IMG/VR virus record: IMGVR_UViG_3300043774_001004
Location: 1-64,000 of that record
DNA: 64,000 bases
Source of the DNA: a virus
Reading direction: 5' to 3' (one strand)
Shown here: piece after piece, positions 10,495 through 20,698 of the stretch
How positions within the stretch are numbered: position 1 is the stretch's first letter
Layout of the letters: each line of letters starts with the position of its first letter
The notes under the pieces: generated by a model
Told to the model about the DNA's origin: nothing
Database searches by the model: none
The model's input: the letters and a program-made list of their open reading frames with translations, nothing else
Program-made: the position numbers and the translations under genes

Positions 10495-13400
10495 ATGGCA
10501 TTGTCACCAGAATTAGTACAGTTTAAGTCTAGCGGCGTTTATAGACTTGAATACGACAAAAGTCAAATCGCTAGCGTTCCAGCTGATCAGACACGTATGG
10601 TAGTAGGTTTCTCTAAACAGGGACCTTTTAACACACCAGTTTTCGTTTCTGACACTCAATTTTTCCAAGATACATTCGGAACAATTGATAGAACGTTAGA
10701 AAGAAAAGGTTCTTATTTCCATAGAACTTGTTTGCAGGCCTTAGAAAGAGGTCCGATATTGGCTCTTAATCTTTTAAGATTAAATAACGATCTACAGAGC
10801 GCAAATCCCGATTTAGTTGATTATCAGGTTTTTTCAGCTTCTGCTACAGATCTAAACCCAGCCGAAGACTCAGCTCTTTATTCAGGCTTTTTTAACAAGG
10901 ATAGATTCTTCTTCCCAGAAGATATCGCTTTCCTTCAAAACATAGGCCCGTTAAATTCTAAAATCTTCCAATTAGTAAACGTAAGACAGACACCAGTTTC
11001 TGTATTCATTCGTAAAGCACAAGATGTTAATCAGTTTAACGTTCTTGCTAAAGAATGGTATGGTGCAGGTGAAGTACCTATGTTTATGAGTGATTTTGAC
11101 TATATCAGCGACTACATGATCGATGTATTTGTAGTATCTGGCGACTGGTCAAATTATTCACAGTTAGCTATCGATCCACTTTACGGTGAGTATTTCGATG
11201 CAACAAAAGGTCTTATCAAATCAAAGTACCAGCAATTCTTAGATCTTCCTAGTGTTTCAACAATAGCTCAATATACTGGATCTTTTATTCCAGACTTTAT
11301 TGACCTTAACGGTAACAACTTGTTTATCTCAGACCTTATCAATTTTGACACAGCTCAGACTGGTCTTCTTTGTGCTATTGATAAAGCGCCATTCGATGGT
11401 GAAGATATCATAAGCGGTACTGAAAACGGAATTGACCTTGTAGGTCACAATATTGAAAATAAAGTCAATACTGATCCTACATTTACTAGCTTTAGATTCT
11501 TGTCTTATGATAGAGCAGTTAGAGACGATTTCGCTTACACGTTAACAGAAACACCTGAAATTGGTATTGATGTAAACACAGCAAACGATATTGCATTTTA
11601 TTTAGTAAGTGCTGGTTCAGGTACCGCTTCAACTACACCTCCTGGTGTTACATCAGGTGATTTACCATCTGCATTCGGTGCAAATGAGGCTAACTATGTA
11701 ATCCGCATCAGTGAATCTCACCCGCAGTATGATACACTTATCAAAGATAAGCTTATTGCAAACGTTGCAGGTCAAGGTCAAAATCAAAGAGTTGTAGGTT
11801 CTTACGTACTTGTAGACGACGGTCTTGTATATAACTGGGCACCGGTTGTTTCACTTACTGAAGCCGCAGGTTTCCTTTATATTGGAGTAAGTATTGAAGT
11901 TGCAAGTTATGCAGTTTCTATTGAAGCACCTTCTTCAGCAGGTAACCAGATCTTCCTTATTTATAGTCCTTCAGGTGCTGATTGGGACTCAACGGCTACT
12001 GATTACTTTAAGTTTGAAGCTGGTACAGATCTATATGCTGACTGGGATAACGGAGTAATTACTTCAGGTGATATTGCAATTGATTCTGCAAACACTGAGT
12101 TCTACCTAGATATGGATTTTGCTCTTCAGCCTCAGACATATTCTGATGATGCTTCAGGTGTAACAGGAGGTAACATTCCAGTTCTTGCAGATGGTACTGC
12201 AACATACTATGACATTCCAGTTGTAGAAGTTACAGGTTTTAACGACTCAGAATTTACTACACAGGAGAATCTTCCTGACTTTGGTAACTATGAAGATTCA
12301 ACAGGCACACTTATTACTGGTGCATTTGTAGTTCAGTCTTTGGCCGGATCACTTAGTCAAACATTTGAAGTTGTTCCTACTGTTGGTTTACCAGTAAACG
12401 AAATCAAAATAGATTTCCTTACAAATACAGGTGAAATTCAAGTAGGTGACTACTTGGTAGCAACTGAACTTGGACCAAATGGCGAATCTAGATTAACTAA
12501 GATCAATAAAATCGTTAGAGAAGGTGTTGCACCTAACCAGTTGCTCCACATCTACTGCGACCAGGAAATTAAGTTGTATCAAGCAGGTACATTGATTAAG
12601 AGATACAAAAACATCGAAGATGTTACAGATCACTACAAAGTGTTTGCTCTTAACGGTTTCACTTTAAACCCAGCTTATCATATTCCAGACGGTACACAAG
12701 ACAGAGTAGATGAAATCTATGCTGATACTATTCCTGAACAGTCAAATCTTTTCCAAGCCTTGATTGACAAAGATATTATCACATATCGTTACATCGTAGA
12801 CTCATTCGGTCTCGGTATTCAACCAGAATCTAAGTTTCAACTTGCATTACTTGCAAGAAGAAGACAAAATGCTCTTGCTATCTTGAATGCTCCTTCTATG
12901 AAAGACTTCAAAGATTCACAAGATCCTAAGTTTACAATTAGCGGTTCTGTAAGTACTAGATTGATTTCTACAGGTGGTGATCTTTCATTGAATCCACAAT
13001 TTGTTTATAGTCTACCTAGCATACCTAATGGTTCGAACTATTCAGCTTTCTATATTCCTTACCTCATAATCAGAGACAGAGGAAAGAACATTACAGTTCC
13101 ACCTGCAGGTGTTGTTTCTAACAACTTCATCGACAAGTATACAAATGCTTTACCTTGGTCTATCGTTGCAGGTCCAAGAAGAGGTATACTTACAGGTAAA
13201 GGTCTTATCGGACTAGAGACAAATCTTGATAAAAATGACAGAGACTACTTAGAGCCATTCGGTCTTAACCCTATCATCTTCCAAAGAGGCGTAGGTATTG
13301 AGATCCACGGTAATAAGACTGGTCAGCAAAATATCAAGTCTGCACTTTCTAGCATCCACGTAAGAGAAGCATTGATCTTCATTCAAGATGGTATTGCTAG

Positions 13401-13674
13401 TATCTTGAGAAACTACATATTTGAGTTCAACACAGCTCAAACGCGTTTAGAGATCAAGACTCTTGCAGATAACTTTATGCAAGGTGTAAAAAGAGACAAT
13501 GGCGTTTATGATTTCAAAAACGTTATGGACTTAACAAACAATACACCTGACGTAATTGATGCTAACATGGGTATACTAGATACTTATGTAGAACCAGTAA
13601 GAGGTCTTGAGATCCTTGTTCACAGAACAACTATTTTGAGAACAGGTTCTATCGCAGCAGGTCAATTCACCTAA
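10495..13674 (+). CDS. gp18: Contractile tail sheath protein (gp18-like) with large central insertion
   Basis: N-terminal SSGVY..EYD, C-terminal PPAG...AGPRRG, LNPI, IFEFN..TR, VMD.TNNTPDVID. Confidence 0.93.
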   Translation: MALSPELVQFKSSGVYRLEYDKSQIASVPADQTRMVVGFSKQGPFNTPVFVSDTQFFQDTFGTIDRTLERKGSYFHRTCLQALERGPILALNLLRLNNDLQSANPDLVDYQVFSASATDLNPAEDSALYSGFFNKDRFFFPEDIAFLQNIGPLNSKIFQLVNVRQTPVSVFIRKAQDVNQFNVLAKEWYGAGEVPMFMSDFDYISDYMIDVFVVSGDWSNYSQLAIDPLYGEYFDATKGLIKSKYQQFLDLPSVSTIAQYTGSFIPDFIDLNGNNLFISDLINFDTAQTGLLCAIDKAPFDGEDIISGTENGIDLVGHNIENKVNTDPTFTSFRFLSYDRAVRDDFAYTLTETPEIGIDVNTANDIAFYLVSAGSGTASTTPPGVTSGDLPSAFGANEANYVIRISESHPQYDTLIKDKLIANVAGQGQNQRVVGSYVLVDDGLVYNWAPVVSLTEAAGFLYIGVSIEVASYAVSIEAPSSAGNQIFLIYSPSGADWDSTATDYFKFEAGTDLYADWDNGVITSGDIAIDSANTEFYLDMDFALQPQTYSDDASGVTGGNIPVLADGTATYYDIPVVEVTGFNDSEFTTQENLPDFGNYEDSTGTLITGAFVVQSLAGSLSQTFEVVPTVGLPVNEIKIDFLTNTGEIQVGDYLVATELGPNGESRLTKINKIVREGVAPNQLLHIYCDQEIKLYQAGTLIKRYKNIEDVTDHYKVFALNGFTLNPAYHIPDGTQDRVDEIYADTIPEQSNLFQALIDKDIITYRYIVDSFGLGIQPESKFQLALLARRRQNALAILNAPSMKDFKDSQDPKFTISGSVSTRLISTGGDLSLNPQFVYSLPSIPNGSNYSAFYIPYLIIRDRGKNITVPPAGVVSNNFIDKYTNALPWSIVAGPRRGILTGKGLIGLETNLDKNDRDYLEPFGLNPIIFQRGVGIEIHGNKTGQQNIKSALSSIHVREALIFIQDGIASILRNYIFEFNTAQTRLEIKTLADNFMQGVKRDNGVYDFKNVMDLTNNTPDVIDANMGILDTYVEPVRGLEILVHRTTILRTGSIAAGQFT

Positions 13675-13683
13675 TATAATATA

Positions 13684-13712
13684 AAAAGCCCGACTCTATG
13701 AGTCGGGCTTTT
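13684..13712 (+). terminator. Intrinsic terminator
   Basis: AAAAGCCCGACTC-tat-GAGTCGGGCTTTT. Confidence 0.85.
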
Positions 13713-13761
13713 CTAAAAACCATAGAAAAATCAATATATACCAAAAATAATCTTATAAAAA

Positions 13762-14310
13762 ATGGCAGGTTTACCACATTATAATAACTCTAGAGCCGCT
13801 ACACAAAAGTTCGAGCCAATACAGGGTAATTTGTTCGAAGTAACAATACTCCCTCCGCAGATCGACGGTACTCTTTTACTTGAGCACGTTAATACTGTAA
13901 GTGGTCTAGGCGGTTTAAATCCAGCTTACGATGCAGTAACGCAGAAATATAAATTCGCAGAAAGAAGTTACGCTGGTATGCCAGGTAAAACATCTGTAGA
14001 CGTAACTGTTCAGTTCTCTTTGAACTTAAATGACACTAACCAGAACTATATCTACAAAACATTAAGAGATTGGTATAAGAAGATTTACGATCCTGCAACA
14101 GGTGCTATGGGTCTTAAGAAAGATTATGTAGGTACCATGATTATCGTTATGTACGATCGTGCCGGTAACATCCACAGAAAGATTACACTTCTTGATTGCT
14201 TCCCAACTGGAGGTGTTCCATTCGCAGATGGTTTAGATTATGGCTCACAAGATCCTATCACGCTTGATATGGTTTGGAGATCTGATAACTGGACTGAAGA
14301 GAATAACTAA
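13762..14310 (+). CDS. gp19: Tail tube protein (gp19-like)
   Basis: Follows sheath; W...IYDP.TG.MGLKKDY and L.DCFPT motifs. Confidence 0.88.
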   Translation: MAGLPHYNNSRAATQKFEPIQGNLFEVTILPPQIDGTLLLEHVNTVSGLGGLNPAYDAVTQKYKFAERSYAGMPGKTSVDVTVQFSLNLNDTNQNYIYKTLRDWYKKIYDPATGAMGLKKDYVGTMIIVMYDRAGNIHRKITLLDCFPTGGVPFADGLDYGSQDPITLDMVWRSDNWTEENN

Positions 14311-14329
14311 TTCTTTATTTAATAAACTG

Positions 14330-14356
14330 AAAAGCCAGCTAATGCTGGCTTTTTTT
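14330..14356 (+). terminator. Intrinsic terminator
   Basis: AAAAGCCAGC-taat-GCTGGCTTTTTTT. Confidence 0.85.
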
Positions 14357-14372
14357 ATGTTTCAGTGACATA

Positions 14373-14405
14373 TATACTATGATAGTATAATACTATGATA
14401 GTATA
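14373..14405. promoter_or_regulatory. Tandem palindromic operator (ATACTAT-G-ATAGTAT x2)
   Basis: Two adjacent copies with 16-bp period, just upstream of a small RHH-like gene. Confidence 0.65.
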
Positions 14406-14422
14406 AATAAGTCAAACTTTAA

Positions 14423-14611
14423 ATGGCACGTGATGAAAATAATCTTACAGAGCGTATACAAGTACTTCTATCTAAAGAAGATCTCAGCAGATTACATACA
14501 ATCATATATCAGGAAGCAATGTCTGAAGGTAAAAAGCCTGAAACGATTTCATCGTATTTGCGTATAACAATTAAAAATTTAATCGAAAATAAAACTACGA
14601 CACATGAGTGA
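14423..14611 (+). CDS. Small ribbon-helix-helix-like DNA-binding protein
   Basis: ERIQVLLS beta-strand, helix, then ISSYLR..I..LI pattern; 62 aa. Confidence 0.55.
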   Translation: MARDENNLTERIQVLLSKEDLSRLHTIIYQEAMSEGKKPETISSYLRITIKNLIENKTTTHE

Positions 14612-15614
14612 ACAAGGTAAATTAAGCGAAGAAGAAATGAAAAGAATCATTGAGGAGCAAGAAAGACAAGGTGCTGTCAATGATCCTATTATCGAAAATG
14701 CTAAAAGACTAAAAGAGTCTGCCAAAAAAGACGGACTAGGAAAGGTAGATACCAAAAGAGGTAAAGGTGGTTTAGTAGATTCTACTGAATTAAATTCAGA
14801 CATGATTCTAGGTTTCCATACTGTACATTCTGCAGATATGCCTTCAGGCGGTCTATTTTACCCATCTGACGTTGATATCCAAATCAGACCAGCTAAAGTA
14901 GCAGAGATTAGACATTTCTCTACTCTACAAGAAAGAGACTTATTTGACGTAGATGAAAAGTTAAATCATATCGTACAAAGCTGTACAAAGATTCGCACTA
15001 AGACCAGAGTAATGAGTTGGAAAGATCTCCTAGAAGAAGATCGTATCTATATTATTTTGGCTATTAGAGCACTTACGTTCAGTAAAGGCGAGAACAAATT
15101 ACAAGTCAAAAAGAATTGCCCTGACTGTAACACGGAGAACAGTATTGAAATCGCTAATGAAAATCTCCAGTTTAACTCTATACCAGAGGATCTCATGAAG
15201 TATTATGATGATTACAATAGAGTTCTTACTATTCAAACTAAATCATGTGGTACTATCTACATGAAGCCACCTACAATTGGTGTAATGCAAGTTGTTACTA
15301 AGTACATTCGTGAAAAAGAAAGACAAGGTGAAAACTGGGATAAAGCACATATCCAAGTTTTACCATACATTCAACATGAATGGAGAGGTTTCACTGAAAA
15401 AGAAATCTTCCAAAGTGAAGTAGATTTCCAAGGATGGGATGATACAAAATATACTTTGCATTACAGATTAGCTGAACAGATTAAAGTAGGTGTTAAACCT
15501 GATGTATCATGCTCTTGTAAAGCGTGTGGTGCGGAGGTCACCGCTGCTATCAACTTTCGCGGCGGAATCAAAGATCTTTTCGTTGTTTCAGATATCTCTG
15601 GAGAACTTCTTTAA
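14604..15614 (+). CDS. Baseplate hub / tail assembly chaperone (T4 gp26-like)
   Basis: MPSGG.FY...IRP...E, CPDC and CKAC zinc motifs; between tube and tape measure. Confidence 0.7.
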   Translation: MSEQGKLSEEEMKRIIEEQERQGAVNDPIIENAKRLKESAKKDGLGKVDTKRGKGGLVDSTELNSDMILGFHTVHSADMPSGGLFYPSDVDIQIRPAKVAEIRHFSTLQERDLFDVDEKLNHIVQSCTKIRTKTRVMSWKDLLEEDRIYIILAIRALTFSKGENKLQVKKNCPDCNTENSIEIANENLQFNSIPEDLMKYYDDYNRVLTIQTKSCGTIYMKPPTIGVMQVVTKYIREKERQGENWDKAHIQVLPYIQHEWRGFTEKEIFQSEVDFQGWDDTKYTLHYRLAEQIKVGVKPDVSCSCKACGAEVTAAINFRGGIKDLFVVSDISGELL

Positions 15615-15897
15615 GATTAAATTCTATCTTTATCATTATCTCAGAATACAGCCAAGCGAAATTGAAGCTTGGCCGTATTATGAGCTTGAGTACACAATGG
15701 AGAATCTCAAGGACTTCTTAGAGAAGAAGAAGAAAGGTGAGGATGAACAAAATGAGAAGTATAGCAAGAGTTCTACAAGCAATGATATGAGACGCCAACA
15801 ACAGGCTATGGGTAGATCAATAAATACTCCAAAGATGCCTAGTACTTCTTCATATAAAATGCCAAGTCCTAGCTTCAACATGCCTAAAAAATTCTAG
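15583..15897 (+). CDS. T4 gp51-like chaperone; no ATG (TTG start at 15583 or +1 frameshift extension of the upstream gene)
   Basis: SLENFFKIKF.L...PSEIEAWPYYE matches the gp51-type SLENYY...ELE.M.PWE pattern. Confidence 0.6.
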   Translation: MFQISLENFFKIKFYLYHYLRIQPSEIEAWPYYELEYTMENLKDFLEKKKKGEDEQNEKYSKSSTSNDMRRQQQAMGRSINTPKMPSTSSYKMPSPSFNMPKKF

Positions 15898-15904
15898 AAC
15901 ATGA

Positions 15905-18900
15905 ATGGCGTTTAATCTGTTTAAGAACCCATTTGAGAATCTTTCTCTTGAGAATCAATCAGCTATGGTTGGTAGCCTGCAAGAAATTAAAGATTACTTT
16001 TTTAAAGGTAATACAATCGTTCAGGCTGTTTTAGAATTAACTGCTGAAGTCAAAAAGAACATAAAAGAGCAGGATCGTCTTATTCAAGTCCTCCTTAAGC
16101 GTCAAGAAAAGCAAATGACGGACAAGGACCAGAAGGAGATGGTTAAAACAATGCAGGTCTTCGGACCTGCTATGCAGAGAATTGTGGGTGCCATTAAAGA
16201 TTACTCAAAGGTACCTGAAGATGCTGTAGATAAATTTATCCTCTCTGTTGAAAAGATAGCTGCAGCTTTTGAAAAGATAAAAGATTTTGGAAAAACAATA
16301 GAAGAAGCCGGAAGGGGTCTTATGATGATGGCAGGTGGGATCATATTATTTGGTCTCGCACTTCTTATATCTGGACCTTTATATCTTTTAGCACTTCCTC
16401 TAACTCCTATCGTATTTGCAGTAGTATTAGGATTTCTATATTTATATAGTAGAATCTTAGGCCCTGAACAAAAGAGTGGTAACCTACAACAAGGCGGACA
16501 GGGTCTTATGTATATGGCCGCCGGAATATTCCTTTTCGGTCTCGCTCTTTATCTTGCCAGCTTTGTCTATCAGCAGTTATGGATGGGCACAGTTGGTGTC
16601 ATGGCTATATTGCTTACTATAGCCGCAGTTGTTGGTATATTCTACCTGATTCAAAAATCTGGTATAGGTGAAAATGCTGTTCAAAGTGCAAAAGCACTTC
16701 TCTATATGGCCGCAGTTATCGGTCTCTTTGGTTTAATACTTTATCTGTCGAGTCTTATTTATGCCGAACTATGGACAGGTACTGTGGGTGTATTAGCTAT
16801 ATTACTTACTATAGCCGCAGTTGTTGGTATATTCTATTTAATTGAAGCACTAGGTGTGGCTAAGTCTGCAATGCAAAGTGCAAAAGTACTTCTTTATATG
16901 GCCGGAGTTATCGGTCTATTTGGATTGATACTTCTTTTATCAAGTCTCATATATGCCGAACTGTGGACTGGTACGATAGGTATGCTAGCTATATTACTTA
17001 CTATAGCTGCAGTCGTAGGTATATTCTATTTAATTGAAGCAATGGGTGTTGCTAAGTCGGCATTGAATAGCGCGAGAGCGCTTCTCTATATGGCTGCAGC
17101 AATTGGTTTATTCGGCTTGATATTATATTTGGCTAGCTTTATCTATGCTGAATTATGGATGGGCACAGTTGGTGTCATGGCTATATTGCTTACCATAGCA
17201 GCGGTCATCGGTCTATTCTGGTTAATGGAATTTATGGGTATATCAGATGTCGCAATGAAAGGTGCTAAAACACTTCTTTATATGGCAGCTGTTATCGGTC
17301 TAGTAGGTTTAATACTCTATTTGGCTAGCTTTATTTATGCTGAATTATGGCAAGGAGCAGTAGGTGTTCTGGCTATATTATTAGTAATTGGAGCCATGGT
17401 CGGACTTATGTTTGTGCTTGACATGCTAAGCGATTCCATATATGATGGTGTAAAAGCTTTAGCATGGATGACACTTGTTCTTGTAATAGTTGGTATAGCT
17501 CTCTATGCAATAAGTTTTGTTTACGAAGAAATGTGGATGGGCGCTTTAGGTTCTTTACCTATTCTTTTAGTTATCGGTGCACTTGTAGGACTTATGTTCT
17601 TGCTTGACGGACTGAGTGATACTATTTATGATGGAGCCAAAGCTTTATTAGCAATGGTTTTTTCTTTTGGTTTAGCCGCATTTGTACTTTACATGATATC
17701 TGATCTTGCAGATGAAATGATGGCAGGTCTAGCAGCATCGTGGCCTATACTTATACTAATACTTGCCCTTGTCGGCATCATGTTCCTATTAGACATGCTA
17801 AAGACAAATATCATAATGGGAGCATTATCTCTAGGTGTAATGTCACTAGCGGTATTAGTGCTAGCAGGAGCTTTATATGTCCTTAAAGAAATTGAATGGA
17901 CTCCTGCTGACAGTTTAAGTTTAGCTGGCTTATTATTAGTTTTAGCACTTATTGGTAGTGTCTTAGGCGTTCTAATGGATGTAGGTCTATTGCCTCTTCT
18001 AGGTGCTGCAGCAATTGCAGCCATAGGTTTAGCTATTATACCTCTTGCAATAGGTCTTAAGTACTATAAAGAGGCAGGTTGGACAGGTGATGATACTATA
18101 AATCTAGGTTTACTTGTTGGTGCATTAGGTCTAGTTGCAACGGTTTTAGGTAATCCGTTTACAAACTTTATGACTCTTCTAGGAGCTGCAGCAATGGTAG
18201 TGATAGGAGCAGCAATTGTTCCTTTAACTGAAGGCTTAATGAATTACAAAAATTCAGGCTGGAAAGAATCCGATAACCAGAAGCTTATAGATACAATGAC
18301 TGCAGTCGTTAGAGCCTTTGGTATTATGTGGGACGAAGATCTACAAAAAGAAGCAGGTCTTAAGCCCTTCTCACCTTATGAGGTTTATATGGGTGTTACA
18401 GCACTTTCAGGTATAGGTAATGTAATGACAAGTCTTGCACAAGGTCTTGTGTCATTTGCCTCAATGCAATTTGTAGAATTTGAAGTAGTTAAAGACAAAG
18501 ACGGTAATGCAGTACTGCAGCCTAAGGCCGTACATAAATTAACAGACGCTGATATACAGGCAGCAGGAACTAATTTTGCAGCAGTTCTTAATGCGATACT
18601 TGATCCTATTGCAGCTGTAGGCAAGAAAGAAATTGAAGGACAAGGTCAATTTGCACAGGGATATGTTTCTAACGGTATTAGAGCTCTTACTGGTATAGGT
18701 AATATCATGACAGATCTCGCCAAGGGTATACAGGCATTCGCAGATCTTAAGTTTATAACATATGGTGTAGTAAATGGTGGAACACCTGATGCGAAATTAG
18801 TACCAACGTCAGTTGTACAGTTAACTGATTCTCATTTCAAAGCTGCTGGCGAAGGATTTGCTCAAGTGGTTAATGCGATACTTAATCCTATTGCAGATGT

Positions 18901-20287
18901 CGGTAAGAAAGAATCTGAAAGTTCAGGTTGGTTCAGCGACGGTTATGTTAAAAAGGGTATTGCAGCTCTTACAGGTATAGGTAATATCATGACTGACCTT
19001 GCAAAAGGTATACAGTCTTTTGCCAATCTTGAATTTACAACGTTTCAGGTAGTAAATGAAGGCACAGCTGACGCTAAAATAGTACCAAAGGGTATAGTAA
19101 AATTAGGAGATCAGGATTTTGTGAATATGTCAAGTAATTTTGACAAAGTTCTAACCGCTTTCTTGGATCCTTTTATAAGAGCTGCCTTTAAGATTAAAGA
19201 AAAGGAATACGACATTAACATTGCAATGCAGTTTCTACCAAATATAACCGACACTGTAAATAAAATCGGAGAAGCCGCAGCAAAATGGGCAAGCGAAATA
19301 TACGATAAGGGTGTAGGTGATAAACTATGGAACATTTACTCAGTTTTTGATTCAATAATCGATCCTGTATTACATGAAGCATTCAAGGTTAAAGATCAAG
19401 AATTTAATCTTAAAGTCTTTTTAGAATACTACGAAGATATACTTGATGTCATCAGTGCTTTCGGTGAATCTGCAAAAGAATGGGGCGCAGAACTTACTGA
19501 TACCGGTAAATGGATGGGACCTTGGACTATCTGGCCAGTTTTAAGTGGTATGTTAGATCCAATGTTAACGTATGGCCAAATAATTAAAGACAATTCAGAA
19601 AGCATAAATGCATTCTTTGACATGTTTACCCGTGATCCAAGTGCGACAGATATATTAAAGCAGATAAGAGAAGAGGCTTTAGAATGGGATAAATTTCAAA
19701 TGCCAACTAGACCAGGCGAAACATTTGCTCATTTTACTCAAAGTATATTTGACGCATTTAGAAAGCCGGACTATATTTCTATAGCTGCAAGATATCAAAA
19801 CTTCACAGACAACATGGAAGTTCTGATAAACGGTTACGATAAGATACAAAAGGTTGCTGATTCATTTGAGAGAATTGCAGATGCGTTTGGTGTAATGAAA
19901 GACCATATCAATGGTATGGAAATCGAGCGTCTAACTCAGGTTACTAATCTGATGGGATTCTTAGACGGTTTAGCAAATGGTGAATCAGACGATATAGTTG
20001 CAGACATTGGTGAAGCAATCACACAGGGTATGCAAACACTTCAAGAAATTTTAATGGAAATTAAGGATCAGTTAACACCTGCTGCGGCACCTGCTGCGGC
20101 ACCTGGTACACCAGGCGGAGTTGGACCTGGTACATCTACTGGAACTGGTGCTGCACAGCCTGCAGCTGGCGGCCAAAATCAAGTTCTTTCACAAGTTACA
20201 ACAGCACTTAACAATCTTAATAATACTCTTTCTAGAGGTATTAAAGCCACAGTTGCTTCAAGCAATTCGTACGTTCCGACTAAATAA
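15905..20287 (+). CDS. Tape measure protein with hydrophobic tandem repeats
   Basis: 1460 aa, Ala/Gly/Leu-rich helical repeats, placed after the tail chaperones. Confidence 0.75.
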   Translation: MAFNLFKNPFENLSLENQSAMVGSLQEIKDYFFKGNTIVQAVLELTAEVKKNIKEQDRLIQVLLKRQEKQMTDKDQKEMVKTMQVFGPAMQRIVGAIKDYSKVPEDAVDKFILSVEKIAAAFEKIKDFGKTIEEAGRGLMMMAGGIILFGLALLISGPLYLLALPLTPIVFAVVLGFLYLYSRILGPEQKSGNLQQGGQGLMYMAAGIFLFGLALYLASFVYQQLWMGTVGVMAILLTIAAVVGIFYLIQKSGIGENAVQSAKALLYMAAVIGLFGLILYLSSLIYAELWTGTVGVLAILLTIAAVVGIFYLIEALGVAKSAMQSAKVLLYMAGVIGLFGLILLLSSLIYAELWTGTIGMLAILLTIAAVVGIFYLIEAMGVAKSALNSARALLYMAAAIGLFGLILYLASFIYAELWMGTVGVMAILLTIAAVIGLFWLMEFMGISDVAMKGAKTLLYMAAVIGLVGLILYLASFIYAELWQGAVGVLAILLVIGAMVGLMFVLDMLSDSIYDGVKALAWMTLVLVIVGIALYAISFVYEEMWMGALGSLPILLVIGALVGLMFLLDGLSDTIYDGAKALLAMVFSFGLAAFVLYMISDLADEMMAGLAASWPILILILALVGIMFLLDMLKTNIIMGALSLGVMSLAVLVLAGALYVLKEIEWTPADSLSLAGLLLVLALIGSVLGVLMDVGLLPLLGAAAIAAIGLAIIPLAIGLKYYKEAGWTGDDTINLGLLVGALGLVATVLGNPFTNFMTLLGAAAMVVIGAAIVPLTEGLMNYKNSGWKESDNQKLIDTMTAVVRAFGIMWDEDLQKEAGLKPFSPYEVYMGVTALSGIGNVMTSLAQGLVSFASMQFVEFEVVKDKDGNAVLQPKAVHKLTDADIQAAGTNFAAVLNAILDPIAAVGKKEIEGQGQFAQGYVSNGIRALTGIGNIMTDLAKGIQAFADLKFITYGVVNGGTPDAKLVPTSVVQLTDSHFKAAGEGFAQVVNAILNPIADVGKKESESSGWFSDGYVKKGIAALTGIGNIMTDLAKGIQSFANLEFTTFQVVNEGTADAKIVPKGIVKLGDQDFVNMSSNFDKVLTAFLDPFIRAAFKIKEKEYDINIAMQFLPNITDTVNKIGEAAAKWASEIYDKGVGDKLWNIYSVFDSIIDPVLHEAFKVKDQEFNLKVFLEYYEDILDVISAFGESAKEWGAELTDTGKWMGPWTIWPVLSGMLDPMLTYGQIIKDNSESINAFFDMFTRDPSATDILKQIREEALEWDKFQMPTRPGETFAHFTQSIFDAFRKPDYISIAARYQNFTDNMEVLINGYDKIQKVADSFERIADAFGVMKDHINGMEIERLTQVTNLMGFLDGLANGESDDIVADIGEAITQGMQTLQEILMEIKDQLTPAAAPAAAPGTPGGVGPGTSTGTGAAQPAAGGQNQVLSQVTTALNNLNNTLSRGIKATVASSNSYVPTK
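16511..17470 (+). repeat. 192-bp (64-aa) tandem repeat in the tape measure gene
   Basis: TATATGGC recurs at 16511, 16703, 16895, 17087, 17279. Confidence 0.85.
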
Positions 20288-20302
20288 AAATAAACATAAG
20301 TA

Positions 20303-20659
20303 ATGAAAACCGTTCTTCTGTTTTTATTTTTGTTGTTTCCTTTTGTTTCCTTTTCACAAAAGGAATACAGGCTATTTGTATGTGGCGACTCTAAAGGTAA
20401 ACCTATCGGCGAGAACGTCTTAACCAGAACAGATCAGCTCTATGAAATCATGAAGACTGATTCTGGTATAGTAATTAAAAATCCAGCGCTAACACTTGTT
20501 AATGGTAAAAACTGGACATCAATTTATTTTAACGGAGAATACGAAGATACTTATCCTACTGAGTTTTTTGATTGCAGTAACTATTATGTAATAGATTTTA
20601 CACAAACTGGAAGTTGTTATTTCTTTTTTGAGGTTCACGCCGTCGACAAATCTTATTGA
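20303..20659 (+). CDS. Hypothetical secreted protein
   Basis: Signal peptide MKTVLLFLFLLFPFVSFS followed by Q. Confidence 0.6.
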   Translation: MKTVLLFLFLLFPFVSFSQKEYRLFVCGDSKGKPIGENVLTRTDQLYEIMKTDSGIVIKNPALTLVNGKNWTSIYFNGEYEDTYPTEFFDCSNYYVIDFTQTGSCYFFFEVHAVDKSY

Positions 20660-20666
20660 ACCTGTA

Positions 20667-20692
20667 AAACTTTTTTTCTTATAAAAGTATAT
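20667..20692 (+). promoter_or_regulatory. Class II promoter (AAAC-N17-TATA)
   Basis: Same motif and spacing at 25007, 26431, 26987, 27506, 35392, 43799. Confidence 0.55.
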
Positions 20693-20698
20693 TTATTG

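Noticed and set aside
15490-15582. Annotated 5' extension of the gp51-like ORF
   Set aside because: Overlaps the conserved Cys-containing end of the gp26-like gene; similarity only begins near ISLENF
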